The position numbers were made by a program, and so were the translations under genes. Under the pieces are notes generated by a model, which did not search any database, was not told where the DNA came from, and was given only the letters and a program-made list of their open reading frames with translations. This document shows, piece by piece, positions 1-9,394 of a DNA stretch of 43,139 bases (position 1 is its first letter; every line of letters starts with the position of its first letter). The stretch is from Acidimicrobiia bacterium (GTDB lineage: Bacteria > Acidobacteriota > Terriglobia > Versatilivoradales > Versatilivoraceae). The stretch is taken from positions 1-43,139 of the forward strand of contig VFZK01000002.1 of NCBI GenBank assembly GCA_016871215.1. Direction: 5' to 3'.

Positions 1-2
1 TT

Positions 3-197
3 CGTGACCTCATCGATATGCCCGCCGACGTGACCGTAACCGAGCGGGAGGTGCAAGTCAGCTTTCACCGGCGCGCGCACCTGCCGATCATCCTAGCGTC
101 AGGTCTGATCGATCAGCCACTATCCATTCCCTGGTGGAACGGTTTATCATTACGTCTGACCACCTACAATGGTCCGACTAATCTGCCCAGAGCTTAG
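3..197 (+). CDS. 3' end of an ORF whose start lies outside the window (RDLIDMPADVTVTEREVQVSFHRRAHLPIILASGLIDQPLSIPWWNGLSLRLTTYNGPTNLPRA*). Function unknown; faint resemblance to C-termini of some transposase families.
   Basis: Frame 3 is open from the window edge to TAG at 195-197. It is absent from the ORF track only because the internal Met gives under 60 aa. I cannot name a diagnostic motif. Confidence 0.3.
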   Translation, partial: RDLIDMPADVTVTEREVQVSFHRRAHLPIILASGLIDQPLSIPWWNGLSLRLTTYNGPTNLPRA

Positions 198-227
198 CTG
201 AATCGTTTCCCGTGGAAATCCAGGCTA

Positions 228-1022
228 GTGAAGCCTTTCCTGCTGCTGGCCTATTGGAGCGAGCACGGCCGGGAGGGCGATCCCGCTTCTCCCCGCGCTG
301 CACCGTATTTGATCGAGCCATACGCTGCGACGCTAAGAACTTCTCCACCAGGGCCCGCTCTTCTGGCACCAGAGCCCTGTGGAGGCCGGGTAACTCCACA
401 ATGCCCGGTGGCTTGCTGGTACAAGCCCGGCCACGGAAGACTGACAGCGAGCCAGGCGCTGGCGGTGTCTTGCAATCAATACTTCTACCAGTTGTCCAGG
501 CAGACAGACCCGGCTGCCTTCACCAGGATTCTGACGGTCCTGGGCGTCCGTGGGGGCAGCGCCCGGGTGCAAGCCGCATCGACCACTCCTGAGACAATGA
601 TAGGGCTGGATGACAGGCTGCGGCTTTCGCCCCTTCAGGTGCTCAACGCCTATGGGGTGCTGCTTTCGGGGCATGCTTCTGCAGAAGCAAAGAGCGCTTC
701 GTTCCCCGCTCTGGCTCGCGTTGTCTTGCTTGCCGGACTCGCTCTCGGCGCCGATGAAGGCACCTCAGCGCTGGCACAGCAGGCGTTGCCACCCAACCAT
801 CTCCTGTTAGGCAAAACCGGCACTTCGCCAGCATTGGCTGGTGGGCGCTACTCGATAGCCAAGACCGACGGTTGGTTCTTGGGCTTTTATCCGAGATCTG
901 AGCCGGTGCTGGCAGTGATGGTGTATTACCCAAACGGACTGGGTGCCAAAGATGCAGCGCCTCTGGGAGGAAGAGCAATCAAGTTGTATCTTGAAACGAT
1001 CAGGCAAACCGATGGGCCGTGA
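228..1022 (+). CDS. Penicillin-binding-protein type transpeptidase (serine beta-lactamase fold) domain protein, apparently lacking its normal N-terminal part
   Basis: SxN box (AVSCNQYF), KTG box (GKTGTS) followed by DGWFLGFYP, and LSPLQVLNAYGVLL typical of PBP transpeptidase domains. Only a degenerate SxxK-like box (SRLVKPF) sits at the extreme 5' end. No signal/TM or dimerisation domain. Confidence 0.6.
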   Translation: MKPFLLLAYWSEHGREGDPASPRAAPYLIEPYAATLRTSPPGPALLAPEPCGGRVTPQCPVACWYKPGHGRLTASQALAVSCNQYFYQLSRQTDPAAFTRILTVLGVRGGSARVQAASTTPETMIGLDDRLRLSPLQVLNAYGVLLSGHASAEAKSASFPALARVVLLAGLALGADEGTSALAQQALPPNHLLLGKTGTSPALAGGRYSIAKTDGWFLGFYPRSEPVLAVMVYYPNGLGAKDAAPLGGRAIKLYLETIRQTDGP

Positions 1023-1207
1023 CAACAGCTGCCGGGCTGACGACGCTAGCCTGGAGTTTCCGTCCTGTCGCACCCTGTCGTGGTGGGCCTGCAAGCCCAG
1101 GGCACTAGAATTTCTTCGCCTGCGGGAGGGAAAGCAGCAGAAGACTGCCGCGCTCCAAGACGCTGGCGCGCAGCTGACAGCATCTGGGTGGCGGTATAAG
1201 CTGCCTT

Positions 1208-1229
1208 GTGAAGCACTGGCGTGCTTCAC
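1208..1229. terminator. Perfect 9-bp stem / 4-nt loop hairpin between convergent genes (candidate bidirectional terminator)
   Basis: GTGAAGCAC-tggc-GTGCTTCAC lies between the stop of the PBP-like ORF (1022) and the stop of the minus-strand isomerase gene (1241). No clear U-tract. Confidence 0.35.
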
Positions 1230-1240
1230 TACCAGCGCCG

Positions 1241-2206
1241 TCACGCCCAGTAAGCTACTCCTGGCTTATCGACGATGACGACATTCTTGAGGAAGTGAAA
1301 CGCTTTGCGCAGCCCTTCTTCGGGGGACATCAAACTGTCTTCATGCTCGATGCTCAAGACGTGGTCGTAACCCACCAGGCGCAGGTTGCTCACGATGTCC
1401 TTCCATTGAGCGAAATCGTTGCCATAGCCGCAGGTGCGAAAGATCCATGAACGGTGTAACTCATCGGTGTAGTTTTTGGCGTCCAGCACACCGTTCACGG
1501 CGATGTTGCGATGATCGAGCTTGCAATCTTTCGCATGGAAGTGAAAGATCGCGTCTCCAACGGCCCGAATCGCGGCGCCGATGTCGGCGCCCTGCCAGAA
1601 GAGGTGGCTGGGGTCGAAGTTGCAACCGATTTCCGGACCGACAGCGTCGCGCAGCTTGAGCAGGGTCTCGGGATTGTAAACGACGAAGTTGGGATGCATC
1701 TCCAGCGCAATTTTCTTGATACCATTGTCTTTGGCCAGCTTCGCGGCGCTCTTCCAATAGGGGATCACTCGTTCCTTCCACTGCCATTCGAGCGCCTGCG
1801 CGAAATCGGGCGGCCAGGGCGACACAATCCAAGCGGGTGAGGTCGCTTTGGCGTCGGCGCCAGGGCAGCCGCTAAACGTGATCACACAATCAACATCGAG
1901 CTTACGCGCTAGCTTCAGGGCACGCTCGTAGGCGTTGTGGTGCTCTTTGGCCAGCTTCTTGTTGGGATGCATGGGATTGCCATGAACGCTCAACCCGCTG
2001 ATGACGAGACCACGGCTTTTGATGGCATTCTGAAAGTTCTTGAGCTTGGTATCACTGGCCAAGAGTTCTGCCGGCTTGCAGTGAGCCTCACCGGGATAGG
2101 CACCGCACCCGATCTCGACTGCTTCCGCCCCAAGTTCCTTCAAATAGTCCAACGCTTGTTCGAATGGCTTGTTCGCCAACAGCACCGTGAAAACGCCAAT
2201 CTTCAT
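1241..2206 (-). CDS. Sugar phosphate isomerase/epimerase (xylose isomerase-like TIM barrel)
   Basis: MKIGVFTVLLANKPFEQALDYLKELGAEAVEIG, ALEMHPNFVVYN and LSIEHEDSLMS are typical of the family. I chose the start at Met88 of the 408-aa track ORF because GGAGG lies upstream; the 87-aa extension is Arg/Asp-rich and overlaps the upstream gene. Confidence 0.8.
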   Translation of the reverse strand: MKIGVFTVLLANKPFEQALDYLKELGAEAVEIGCGAYPGEAHCKPAELLASDTKLKNFQNAIKSRGLVISGLSVHGNPMHPNKKLAKEHHNAYERALKLARKLDVDCVITFSGCPGADAKATSPAWIVSPWPPDFAQALEWQWKERVIPYWKSAAKLAKDNGIKKIALEMHPNFVVYNPETLLKLRDAVGPEIGCNFDPSHLFWQGADIGAAIRAVGDAIFHFHAKDCKLDHRNIAVNGVLDAKNYTDELHRSWIFRTCGYGNDFAQWKDIVSNLRLVGYDHVLSIEHEDSLMSPEEGLRKAFHFLKNVVIVDKPGVAYWA

Positions 2207-2277
2207 TCTCGCCTCCCGTCGTCCTGCCAACACCACCCGCCAGCACGGGCTGGTCGGGGTCTGCTCCCAGTCCAAGT

Positions 2278-3399
2278 CTAGATCTTCACCCATTTCCTGG
2301 TCTGGGAACTCTTCTCCATCGCTGCCAGCAACGCCTGATTTTTGACGCCGTCTTCGAAGTTCGGCGAGGGCTGCCTGTTTCCGGCGATGGCCTGCATTAG
2401 ATCGTAAATCACGTGAGTGAACGTATGCTCGTAACCGATCACGTGGCCAACCGGCCACCATTTCCAATAGGGATGCACCGGCTCTGTGACCATGATGTTG
2501 CGGAATCCCTGGGCGTAGGCCGGATCGTCCCGCAGATATAACTCCAGCTCATTCAAACGTTCGAGATTGAAAACCAGGCTGCCTTTGCTCCCGTTGATTT
2601 CGAACCGGTTGTAGTTCTTGCGCCCAGGCGCAAAGCGGGTCGCCTCGATGGTGCCGACCGCGCCGTTGGCGAACCGCACGAGCGCCAAACTGGCATCGTC
2701 GACCGTGACCTTGCCTTTCTTCTTCGGGTTGTCGACCTGTGGGCGTTCTTTGACGAAGGTCTCCAGCGCAGCAGAGACTTCGGTGATCTCGCCCACCAGG
2801 AAGCGGGCGAGATCGGTCACGTGGGAAGCCAGATCGCCCAGCGCGCCAGAACCGGCTTTCGCTTTGTCGAATCGCCAGTAAAGCGGGAATTCCGGATCGA
2901 CGGGCCAATCCTGCAGATAAGTGCCGCGGAAATGATGAATCTTGCCCAATTGACCGTCAGCGATCAGCTTCTGCGCCAATGCCACCGCCGGCGTCTTGCG
3001 GTAGTTATGACAGATCATGTGCAAAACACCGGCCTTCTGAGCCGCCGCCAGCATCCTCTTGGCTTCTCCCAAGGTATTAGCAAGCGGCTTCTCGCACAAG
3101 AGGGTCTTGCCTGCCTTGGCTGCCGCCACGGCGATCGGCATGTGGGAATCGCCAGGCGTTACAATGTCGACGACGTCGATATCCTTGCGCCGGACCACCT
3201 CTTCCCACGAGGTACTCCACTCTTCCCAACCGTACTTGGCGGCAGCGGCTTTGACGCCGGCTTCGTTTCGGCCACAAATGACCTTCATCACCGGGACTGC
3301 GTCGCTCTCGAAAAAGCGGGGCATCTGCCGGTAGGCGTTGCTGTGAGCCTTGCCCATGAACTGATAACCGATAAGAGCCACATTAATCTGACGACGCAC
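2278..3399 (-). CDS. Gfo/Idh/MocA family NAD(P)-dependent oxidoreductase
   Basis: N-terminal Rossmann motif [15 protein letters not shown], the EKP motif ([10 protein letters not shown]), and a C-terminal alpha/beta domain. It sits directly upstream of the TIM-barrel isomerase on the same strand. Confidence 0.85.
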   Translation of the reverse strand: MRRQINVALIGYQFMGKAHSNAYRQMPRFFESDAVPVMKVICGRNEAGVKAAAAKYGWEEWSTSWEEVVRRKDIDVVDIVTPGDSHMPIAVAAAKAGKTLLCEKPLANTLGEAKRMLAAAQKAGVLHMICHNYRKTPAVALAQKLIADGQLGKIHHFRGTYLQDWPVDPEFPLYWRFDKAKAGSGALGDLASHVTDLARFLVGEITEVSAALETFVKERPQVDNPKKKGKVTVDDASLALVRFANGAVGTIEATRFAPGRKNYNRFEINGSKGSLVFNLERLNELELYLRDDPAYAQGFRNIMVTEPVHPYWKWWPVGHVIGYEHTFTHVIYDLMQAIAGNRQPSPNFEDGVKNQALLAAMEKSSQTRKWVKI

Positions 3400-3606
3400 T
3401 GCCAGGTCCTTTCTGTCGCAGCCTCAAGACATCGGATCGACACACTGAGTTCTGCCTTGCTCCGGTTCGGGCCACAGCCAAAATCATGGCGTGACCGAAC
3501 ACTTGCAAAGCCATTCGGGAGACTTCCAACACCCCGAAAACAGTGACATAATGGCTGCTAACGGTGTAGCGCTGAACGACGGCACTGTATAGCAAGATTC
3601 ATTTTC

Positions 3607-3765
3607 CAGGGTCAAGGGAAAAGGCCCCGAACGCAGCTTCTGAGCTGAAGCTCTCCCTGACCGCCGGGCTACTGAAAAGTTCGGTCTATGCCGGATCATC
3701 AGCCCACGCGTCTGATAGGGCTCCCTGTGAGACCCGACGATTGATGTTACTTTGACGGCCTCCAG
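3607..3765 (+). repeat. Degenerate copy (C) of the MITE-like element, same orientation as copy A
   Basis: Hand alignment to 35459-35591 shows shared blocks: CAGGGTC at the left end, CTCCCTgACcGcCgGGCTACTGAA, CAGCCCaCGCG, AGGGCTC, and ACTTTGACGG at the right end. Extra internal bases are present. Confidence 0.45.
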
Positions 3766-3799
3766 GCCACGAACGCCGAGCGAGGAATCGCCCACTGGC

Positions 3800-5425
3800 A
3801 TGTCGATGTCTCTGCCAACCCAAACTGCCAACCGCTACCGCATTCGCGAGGCCGCCAGCCGCGGCCAGGGCTGGCGGTGTCGGATTCGGGAAAGCGCTGG
3901 AGACTTCGGGTCGGAGGGAGAGCGGCTGGAACGCCTGCGCTTGAAGGCGGAAATCGAACAGTGGATCGCCCAACAGGTCGATCCGGTGATTTACCGCCAG
4001 GGTCGCCGCATCGGCCCACTGGCCAAGGCCCATTTCAGCCTGGATTGCATGGCCCGGTGCCTTCTTCTCCGTTGCCGGATGCGGGGCAGCGAACTACGCG
4101 CTCCCGTGTTGCGCGCGGTGCGCGACCAGTATGGGGCGGTCGTCCTGCACACCCGACTCGCCAGGGAAACCGAGATCCTCGAAATTCGCCCGGCGAATGA
4201 ATCCCTCGCCCAATGTCCACTCGAAGAGACGCGCCGCCAATTTCAGACGGAGGTCGGGCGGCTGATCAAGAGGCATTTTCCCGGATCACAGGTACTGAAA
4301 TCCACGCTGTCGTCTGACCTGGAACATTCGCTTTCCGGCAAGTACGTGCGGGTACAATTGCGGGCGCGTGGCGTTGACTGGCTAGCGATCGCTGTCGGCC
4401 CAGAAGAAACCCAAGCCACAATCGATGGGGTGCTCGGCAACGGATTGCTCTGGAGAGACCTCCTCCGACAGCGAGGCCTCGCCCTGCGCGACAAACTAGC
4501 CATCCTGGCTCCAGAGGGGAAATTGCTGGTTTTGAAGAGCCGGTTGGGGTGGATTCGGGGCGCAGGCCGTGACATTCAATTGTTCTCGATAGAGCCCGGA
4601 TGCCGAATGCTGAGGTTGGCAGACTTGGCGGATTGCGGGAACCTCAACACGGCTGTCACCCAGGTGGAGACGCTCTTGGACTTCGGGGAGGTTCACGACG
4701 ACCCGCGGGTGCCACGCCTGCTGGGATTGGCGCCTGGCCAGATCGCCTTCTCCCGTACCGGAAACACCCTGGTATTTCGGCTACGGGGTCTGGAGCTGGC
4801 ACAACTCCAGCTTGGAAACCGATCGAGGCTGATGTCCCGATGCTGCACGCCAGCAGAGATTCGCACCGAAGGCGATTGGAACCGCTTTGCAGCCACCGTG
4901 GAAAGCACCGCCGCGGAGCAGAGCGGCCCCACCCGGCCAGGAAACACGAGCTGCCGGGCGCGGCCCGAGCGTTGGCTCGAAAGCTTGCTTCTGCAAGACA
5001 TCCGTGCCATCGACGCCCGGCTCGACCCACGCTTCGTCTATCCACAAGTTCCGGCGTTTCTCGGGGGTGACCGTGGCATGATCGACCTTCTGACTGTGAC
5101 CGCCGATCGACGACTGGCGATTCTGGAACTCAAAGCGAGCGAGGATATCGATCTGCCGCTGCAGGGGCTCGACTACTGGTTGCGGGTTCGCTGGCACCAC
5201 TCGCGGAACGAATTCCAGGACCGAGGCTACTTTCCAGGGATCTCATTGAGCGCTCTGCCGCCGCGACTGTTCTTCGTCGGCCCACAGTTTCGATTTCACA
5301 GCACGTTCCCCAGGCTCGCGGCGCAAATCGACCCGGCTGTGCCGCTGATCCAGGTAGGCCTCAATGAGGATTGGCAGGAAGGTGTTCGTGTGGTTCTTCG
5401 CCGATTCCTGACCCCAGCGGCCTAG
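3800..5425 (+). CDS. Hypothetical protein with C-terminal RecB-like PD-(D/E)xK nuclease domain
   Basis: C-terminal motifs in order: ERWLESLLL (helix Glu), GMIDLL (Asp), LAILELK (ExK), LPLQGLDYW (QxxxY). The N-terminal ~400 aa have no motif I recognise. The track start (TTG at 3752) lies inside the repeat terminus, so I use ATG 3800, but the start is uncertain. Confidence 0.6.
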   Translation: MSMSLPTQTANRYRIREAASRGQGWRCRIRESAGDFGSEGERLERLRLKAEIEQWIAQQVDPVIYRQGRRIGPLAKAHFSLDCMARCLLLRCRMRGSELRAPVLRAVRDQYGAVVLHTRLARETEILEIRPANESLAQCPLEETRRQFQTEVGRLIKRHFPGSQVLKSTLSSDLEHSLSGKYVRVQLRARGVDWLAIAVGPEETQATIDGVLGNGLLWRDLLRQRGLALRDKLAILAPEGKLLVLKSRLGWIRGAGRDIQLFSIEPGCRMLRLADLADCGNLNTAVTQVETLLDFGEVHDDPRVPRLLGLAPGQIAFSRTGNTLVFRLRGLELAQLQLGNRSRLMSRCCTPAEIRTEGDWNRFAATVESTAAEQSGPTRPGNTSCRARPERWLESLLLQDIRAIDARLDPRFVYPQVPAFLGGDRGMIDLLTVTADRRLAILELKASEDIDLPLQGLDYWLRVRWHHSRNEFQDRGYFPGISLSALPPRLFFVGPQFRFHSTFPRLAAQIDPAVPLIQVGLNEDWQEGVRVVLRRFLTPAA

Positions 5426-5558
5426 CCTATCTGTAGCGGGTTTCTGAGGAGTGGCTTCGACAGAATCCTTCCAAGGCTGCGCCGGCGGTTGAGTTCCAAG
5501 GCAGGCTGTGCTCGAGCGGCGCAACGATGTTTGGCTGTTCTCTGTTTTTCCCGTTCGG

Positions 5559-6566
5559 ATGAAACGATTGGTTCAACTTCTTTGCTGGTGGGCTTCAGTG
5601 TGGCTGTTGGCAGGCAACGGGCTGCTCGCCGCAGACGCGAAGAAGCCCGCCCCACCGAAGTTCGAGCTGGTCGGCGAGGTGCGCCTGGCCCAGTCGCTAA
5701 AGCCCGGCAGACTGATCGCCTTTGTCAGTTTGAGCAGCCACAACACGTCCTATTCCGCTCATACTTGGACCGACTTCGGGGGCAAGTTCAAGTTCAAGAA
5801 AGTCCCCCCTGGCTCCTACTCGCTGCAGGCAGAGGTGCGCCGTCGAGGCGAAAGGCGCCTTTCTGTCGACATCTCGCCGAGCCTGGCCGATCGCAAGGGT
5901 CGAATTCACCAGACGATTGTCATCGAACCTACCGCGTCCATCCCGCATCGGCTAAGGCCCGATGTCGTTTCTGTCCGGGAGCTGTCGATCCCAGAGAAGG
6001 CTCGCAGACTCTTTGTGAAAGCAGAGAAGAGGCTTTCGAAAGGCGACATCGAGAAAGGAATCGAGCTTCTAGAACAAGCGGTGAATCTCGCGCCCCATTT
6101 CGTTGCAGCCATCAATCGGCTCGGCACGGTCTTCCACAGGCAAAGGAACTTCTCCAAGTCAGAGCAGTATTTTCGGGAAGCCTTGGAAGCAGACCGGAAC
6201 GCTTACGCTCCTTTGGTAAACCTCGGTGGAAGCCTGCTGGCGATGGGACGGTTTGAGGAGGCTCTGGCGATCAACCAGCGCGCCGTAGACGTCCGCCCGC
6301 GGGACGCGCTGGCGAACGCTCAGCTGGGAGTCAACTATCTGAACTTGAAGAACGACGCCAAAGCCGAAGAGTATCTGATCCGCACTAAAGAATTAGACCC
6401 GCAGCATTTCACTTATCCTCAGCTGTCTTTGGCTGGCATCTACCAGCGCCAGGACAAAGTGGCTCTGGTCCTGCGCGAACTCCGGGAGTTTCTAAGACTG
6501 CATCCCGACGACGTTCAAGGCAAGCTCATCCAGAAGCAGATCGAAACGCTGCAAGGGACGCAGTAA
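5559..6566 (+). CDS. Secreted TPR-repeat protein with N-terminal carboxypeptidase-regulatory-like beta-sandwich
   Basis: Signal peptide MKRLVQLLCWWASVWLLAGNGLLAA, then KKVPPGSYSLQAEV (CarboxypepD_reg-like), then repeated TPR helices (LEQAVNLAPHF, FREALEADRNAY, NQRAVDVRPRDALA, LIRTKELDPQH). Confidence 0.7.
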   Translation: MKRLVQLLCWWASVWLLAGNGLLAADAKKPAPPKFELVGEVRLAQSLKPGRLIAFVSLSSHNTSYSAHTWTDFGGKFKFKKVPPGSYSLQAEVRRRGERRLSVDISPSLADRKGRIHQTIVIEPTASIPHRLRPDVVSVRELSIPEKARRLFVKAEKRLSKGDIEKGIELLEQAVNLAPHFVAAINRLGTVFHRQRNFSKSEQYFREALEADRNAYAPLVNLGGSLLAMGRFEEALAINQRAVDVRPRDALANAQLGVNYLNLKNDAKAEEYLIRTKELDPQHFTYPQLSLAGIYQRQDKVALVLRELREFLRLHPDDVQGKLIQKQIETLQGTQ

Positions 6567-6726
6567 CGTTTTTCGCTGGCTTTTGCAACTACGTCCCAGC
6601 GGCCTTCCCTCGGGAGCGACCCAACAGCTGCAACTCAATCGTCCTTCGTCGTCGGGACCCAAAGCGAGGACGACCCTGGCAGGAGCCAGACGATAGCTCT
6701 TGCTGTTTCCCGCAGAGCCCGCAGCG

Positions 6727-7695
6727 TTACGTCCTTTGAGCCGAAGTCGGAGAGCGTTGTTCTGCGTCCTGGGTGCTCCCCTGCAGGATGGCGATGGCCA
6801 GCAGGACACAGCACCCGCCGGCGATCTGCGAGCCAGCCAGCGTCTCGTCCAGGAACGCCCAGGCGATTGCCCCCGCGACGACGGGCTCCAACGTGGCAAT
6901 GATCCCCGTATGGCTGGCAGACAGGTGTTTTACGGCACGCGCATAGAGCAGAAATGGGAGAAGGGTTCCGAAGATCGCGACATAAAGAATCATACCGATC
7001 TGCACCGGCCCAAGTGACGCAAGCGGCTGCCACGAGCCGGGGTTTGCACCCCAAAGCAAAGCGGAAAACAGGAAACCGTAGAACAAGACGGTGAGGTCGC
7101 GGTGCGATTTCAATGCGTGCCGAGTCATGAGCGTATAAGACGCAAAACAGATTCCGGCGCCCAGGGCCAGAAGCACTCCGGCATTCCCCCAGCGTCGCGT
7201 CGCTCCTGTGTCGAGGGAAACCAGGGCGCAGCCTGCGATCGCTAGCAGCAGCGCCGCAAGCCGCGCGCGTGTCAACGGGATCTTCAGCCAGAACCGCTCG
7301 AACAGGAGCATCCACAGACAGGCCAGATACTGAAGAAGAATCGCAATGCCCACACTGAGCGATTGAATCGCTGCGTAGTAGGCGAATTGGGTCAGAGCCA
7401 GGCCGCCCATGCCCATGGCCAGAAAGAAAGGCAGTTCGTTCCACCTCAAACGCGGCAAGGCTCGGTCACGCCACAAAAAGATAGCTGCCAACACCAGCGC
7501 GCTGAGAGTCGATCGATAGAATACGAGCCGTGACGGGGCGAGCGTTTCGGTCATGAGAACTTTGGCGAAAACGCCGGAGATGGCCCACAGGTGCGCAGCG
7601 GCGACGGCAGCCAGAAGACCGGCGCGGCGCCGCGACACCAGCCGTTCCTGCGGGTGGCTCGGAGCAACTTGATCGGTCTGCACTGCCTGTGTCAT
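6727..7695 (-). CDS. EamA/DMT-superfamily transporter
   Basis: About 10 predicted hydrophobic helices in two EamA-like halves. The start is taken at MTQAVQ with GGAG upstream. Confidence 0.8.
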   Translation of the reverse strand: MTQAVQTDQVAPSHPQERLVSRRRAGLLAAVAAAHLWAISGVFAKVLMTETLAPSRLVFYRSTLSALVLAAIFLWRDRALPRLRWNELPFFLAMGMGGLALTQFAYYAAIQSLSVGIAILLQYLACLWMLLFERFWLKIPLTRARLAALLLAIAGCALVSLDTGATRRWGNAGVLLALGAGICFASYTLMTRHALKSHRDLTVLFYGFLFSALLWGANPGSWQPLASLGPVQIGMILYVAIFGTLLPFLLYARAVKHLSASHTGIIATLEPVVAGAIAWAFLDETLAGSQIAGGCCVLLAIAILQGSTQDAEQRSPTSAQRT

Positions 7696-7745
7696 TCTTG
7701 CTCCGATGGGTTTCGTCTCAAATCGCCGCGCGCAAGGAGAGCTCA

Positions 7746-7979
7746 ATGCCGGAAACAAAGATTGTGGTCAATAATCATGGTTCGATCAAAGTGGAAGGGG
7801 ATTTCGCGGTCTACGATGCCGAAGGCAATGCGTTCGACTTGTCGGGGCGAAAGGCGATTTCGTTCTGCCGGTGCGGACATTCCGAGAACAAGCCCTTCTG
7901 CGATGGGACCCACCGCAAGGCAGGATTCCAATCGGAGATCAAAGCCCGCGTTCTGCCACCGCCAGCGGCCAAAACCTAG
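7746..7979 (+). CDS. CDGSH iron-sulfur domain-containing protein
   Basis: FCRCGHSENKPFCDGTH is the CDGSH 2Fe-2S signature. AAGGAG lies upstream of ATG 7746. Confidence 0.85.
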   Translation: MPETKIVVNNHGSIKVEGDFAVYDAEGNAFDLSGRKAISFCRCGHSENKPFCDGTHRKAGFQSEIKARVLPPPAAKT

Positions 7980-8167
7980 CAGGCCTGTATTGTCGAGACC
8001 CGGACGCCGGCAACGGTCACGCTTCTCAAGCAAGCCCGGTCCGTTATACCGCGTTCGAGTTCTGCGGCGCCATCTGGGCAAAGGGCTGTCGTGTGCGAAG
8101 GCTATGGGACTTCTGCGCACTACGAACACGTTCTGCGACTTTGGCTAGCTGCACGATGATAGGCACA

Positions 8168-9349
8168 TCAATCGGGAGCGTGCATCAGGGAGTCCGCCCG
8201 CTCTCTCGAAACGATCCGGTTGCGGCCTCGCCGCTTGGCTTCGAACAGGCGGTGGTCCGCAGCCCTCAGCATCTGCGCTGCGTCGGAGCCGTCATCTGGA
8301 AAGCAGGCCAGGCCGGCGCTGATCGTCAACCTCTCGGCAACGTCGAGGCCCGGAACGGGGATAGGGGGGTTCTCGATCGACAGGCGCAGCCTTTCAACCT
8401 TCTCAGTGGCCGCGGCGGAATCGGTTTCGGGCAGAATGACGACGAACTCTTCTCCTCCGTAGCGTGCAATGACGTCGCTTTGACGGAAGGATGCTCGCAT
8501 GATGGAAGCCATCATGCGCAGCGCCTCGTCTCCCGCCGAATGACCGTGGCTGTCGTTAAAAGTTTTGAAGTGGTCGATGTCCATCATCGCTAACGCCAGC
8601 GGCCGATGGTAGCGGGAGGCACGGCTCGCTTCCTCGAGGAGGCGCTCGTCAAAATGGCCCCGGTTGAAAAGGCCCGTCATGCGGTCACAAGTAGAAAGCC
8701 GCAACAGTCGCTGCACTCGAAAGACCACGCTGGTGCTCAGCAGGGTAGCGACGAACATCAGCACCAGGCGCGAAATCTGAACGCTCCAGTTGAAGTATCC
8801 GTAAGCGAAGGGAGAGAACTGCGCCGAATTGAGGTCCCACATCATCGTGGCGCTGGCCACAATCAACGCGTACTGCGCGATAGCGGACATGCCCGCCAGC
8901 AAGCAAATGCGGACGTCATGGCGGAGGCAGGTCGCCGCAATGGCTAGAAAGTACGACTCGAAGGTAACCTTGCTGTTGACGGCCGTATGCGGCCGATTGA
9001 GCAGGACAAAGACGAAAAGCGCCGCACTGACGAGCGAAACATCGAGCAGACTGCTGGCGAAACCCAACCAATGCCGGTAGAAGCCCTGCTGCACAAGCCA
9101 GAACCAGAGAAGGGCGACCAGAAAGGCCGCGATCGTCACCCCGAGTCCAACCAGATTTTCCCAGATTTCTCGCTCATACCAGAGGCTGGCGACGGGTATG
9201 GCCAGCAAGATGGCCGTCAACAGCAAGCGAACACGCGCTACGAGCTTTTCGCCTGCGGCACCGGCCTCCAGGAGAAACGGATCGGGCCGCTTCCACAGCG
9301 AACTCCAAAAGCTGGCGGGATCGTTCGATGAGACTGACGCCTGGCGCAT
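8168..9349 (-). CDS. Membrane-anchored diguanylate cyclase (GGDEF domain)
   Basis: The N-terminal ~200 aa are multi-helix hydrophobic. The C-terminus has DIDHFKTFNDSHGHSAGDEAL and RYGGEEF (GGEEF active site). Confidence 0.85.
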   Translation of the reverse strand: MRQASVSSNDPASFWSSLWKRPDPFLLEAGAAGEKLVARVRLLLTAILLAIPVASLWYEREIWENLVGLGVTIAAFLVALLWFWLVQQGFYRHWLGFASSLLDVSLVSAALFVFVLLNRPHTAVNSKVTFESYFLAIAATCLRHDVRICLLAGMSAIAQYALIVASATMMWDLNSAQFSPFAYGYFNWSVQISRLVLMFVATLLSTSVVFRVQRLLRLSTCDRMTGLFNRGHFDERLLEEASRASRYHRPLALAMMDIDHFKTFNDSHGHSAGDEALRMMASIMRASFRQSDVIARYGGEEFVVILPETDSAAATEKVERLRLSIENPPIPVPGLDVAERLTISAGLACFPDDGSDAAQMLRAADHRLFEAKRRGRNRIVSRERADSLMHAPD

Positions 9350-9394
9350 TCCAGTCGCGCGGGAGCCCGAACGCCGATCTGGCGTCGCAATCCG

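Noticed and set aside
1205-1229. TTGTGAA … TTCAC resembling half-sites of a Rex operator (TTGTGAA-N6-TTCACAA), given that rex is in the window
   Set aside because: The half-sites are 13 nt apart and the second lacks the terminal AA. The sequence is better explained as a 9-bp stem terminator hairpin between convergent genes. I found no convincing Rex box elsewhere in the window.
2207-2467. 87-codon N-terminal extension of the TIM-barrel isomerase ORF (track start 2467)
   Set aside because: The extension overlaps the 3' end of the upstream oxidoreductase gene and is charged and low in complexity. The family-typical N-terminus MKIGVF… begins at Met88, which has a GGAGG RBS.
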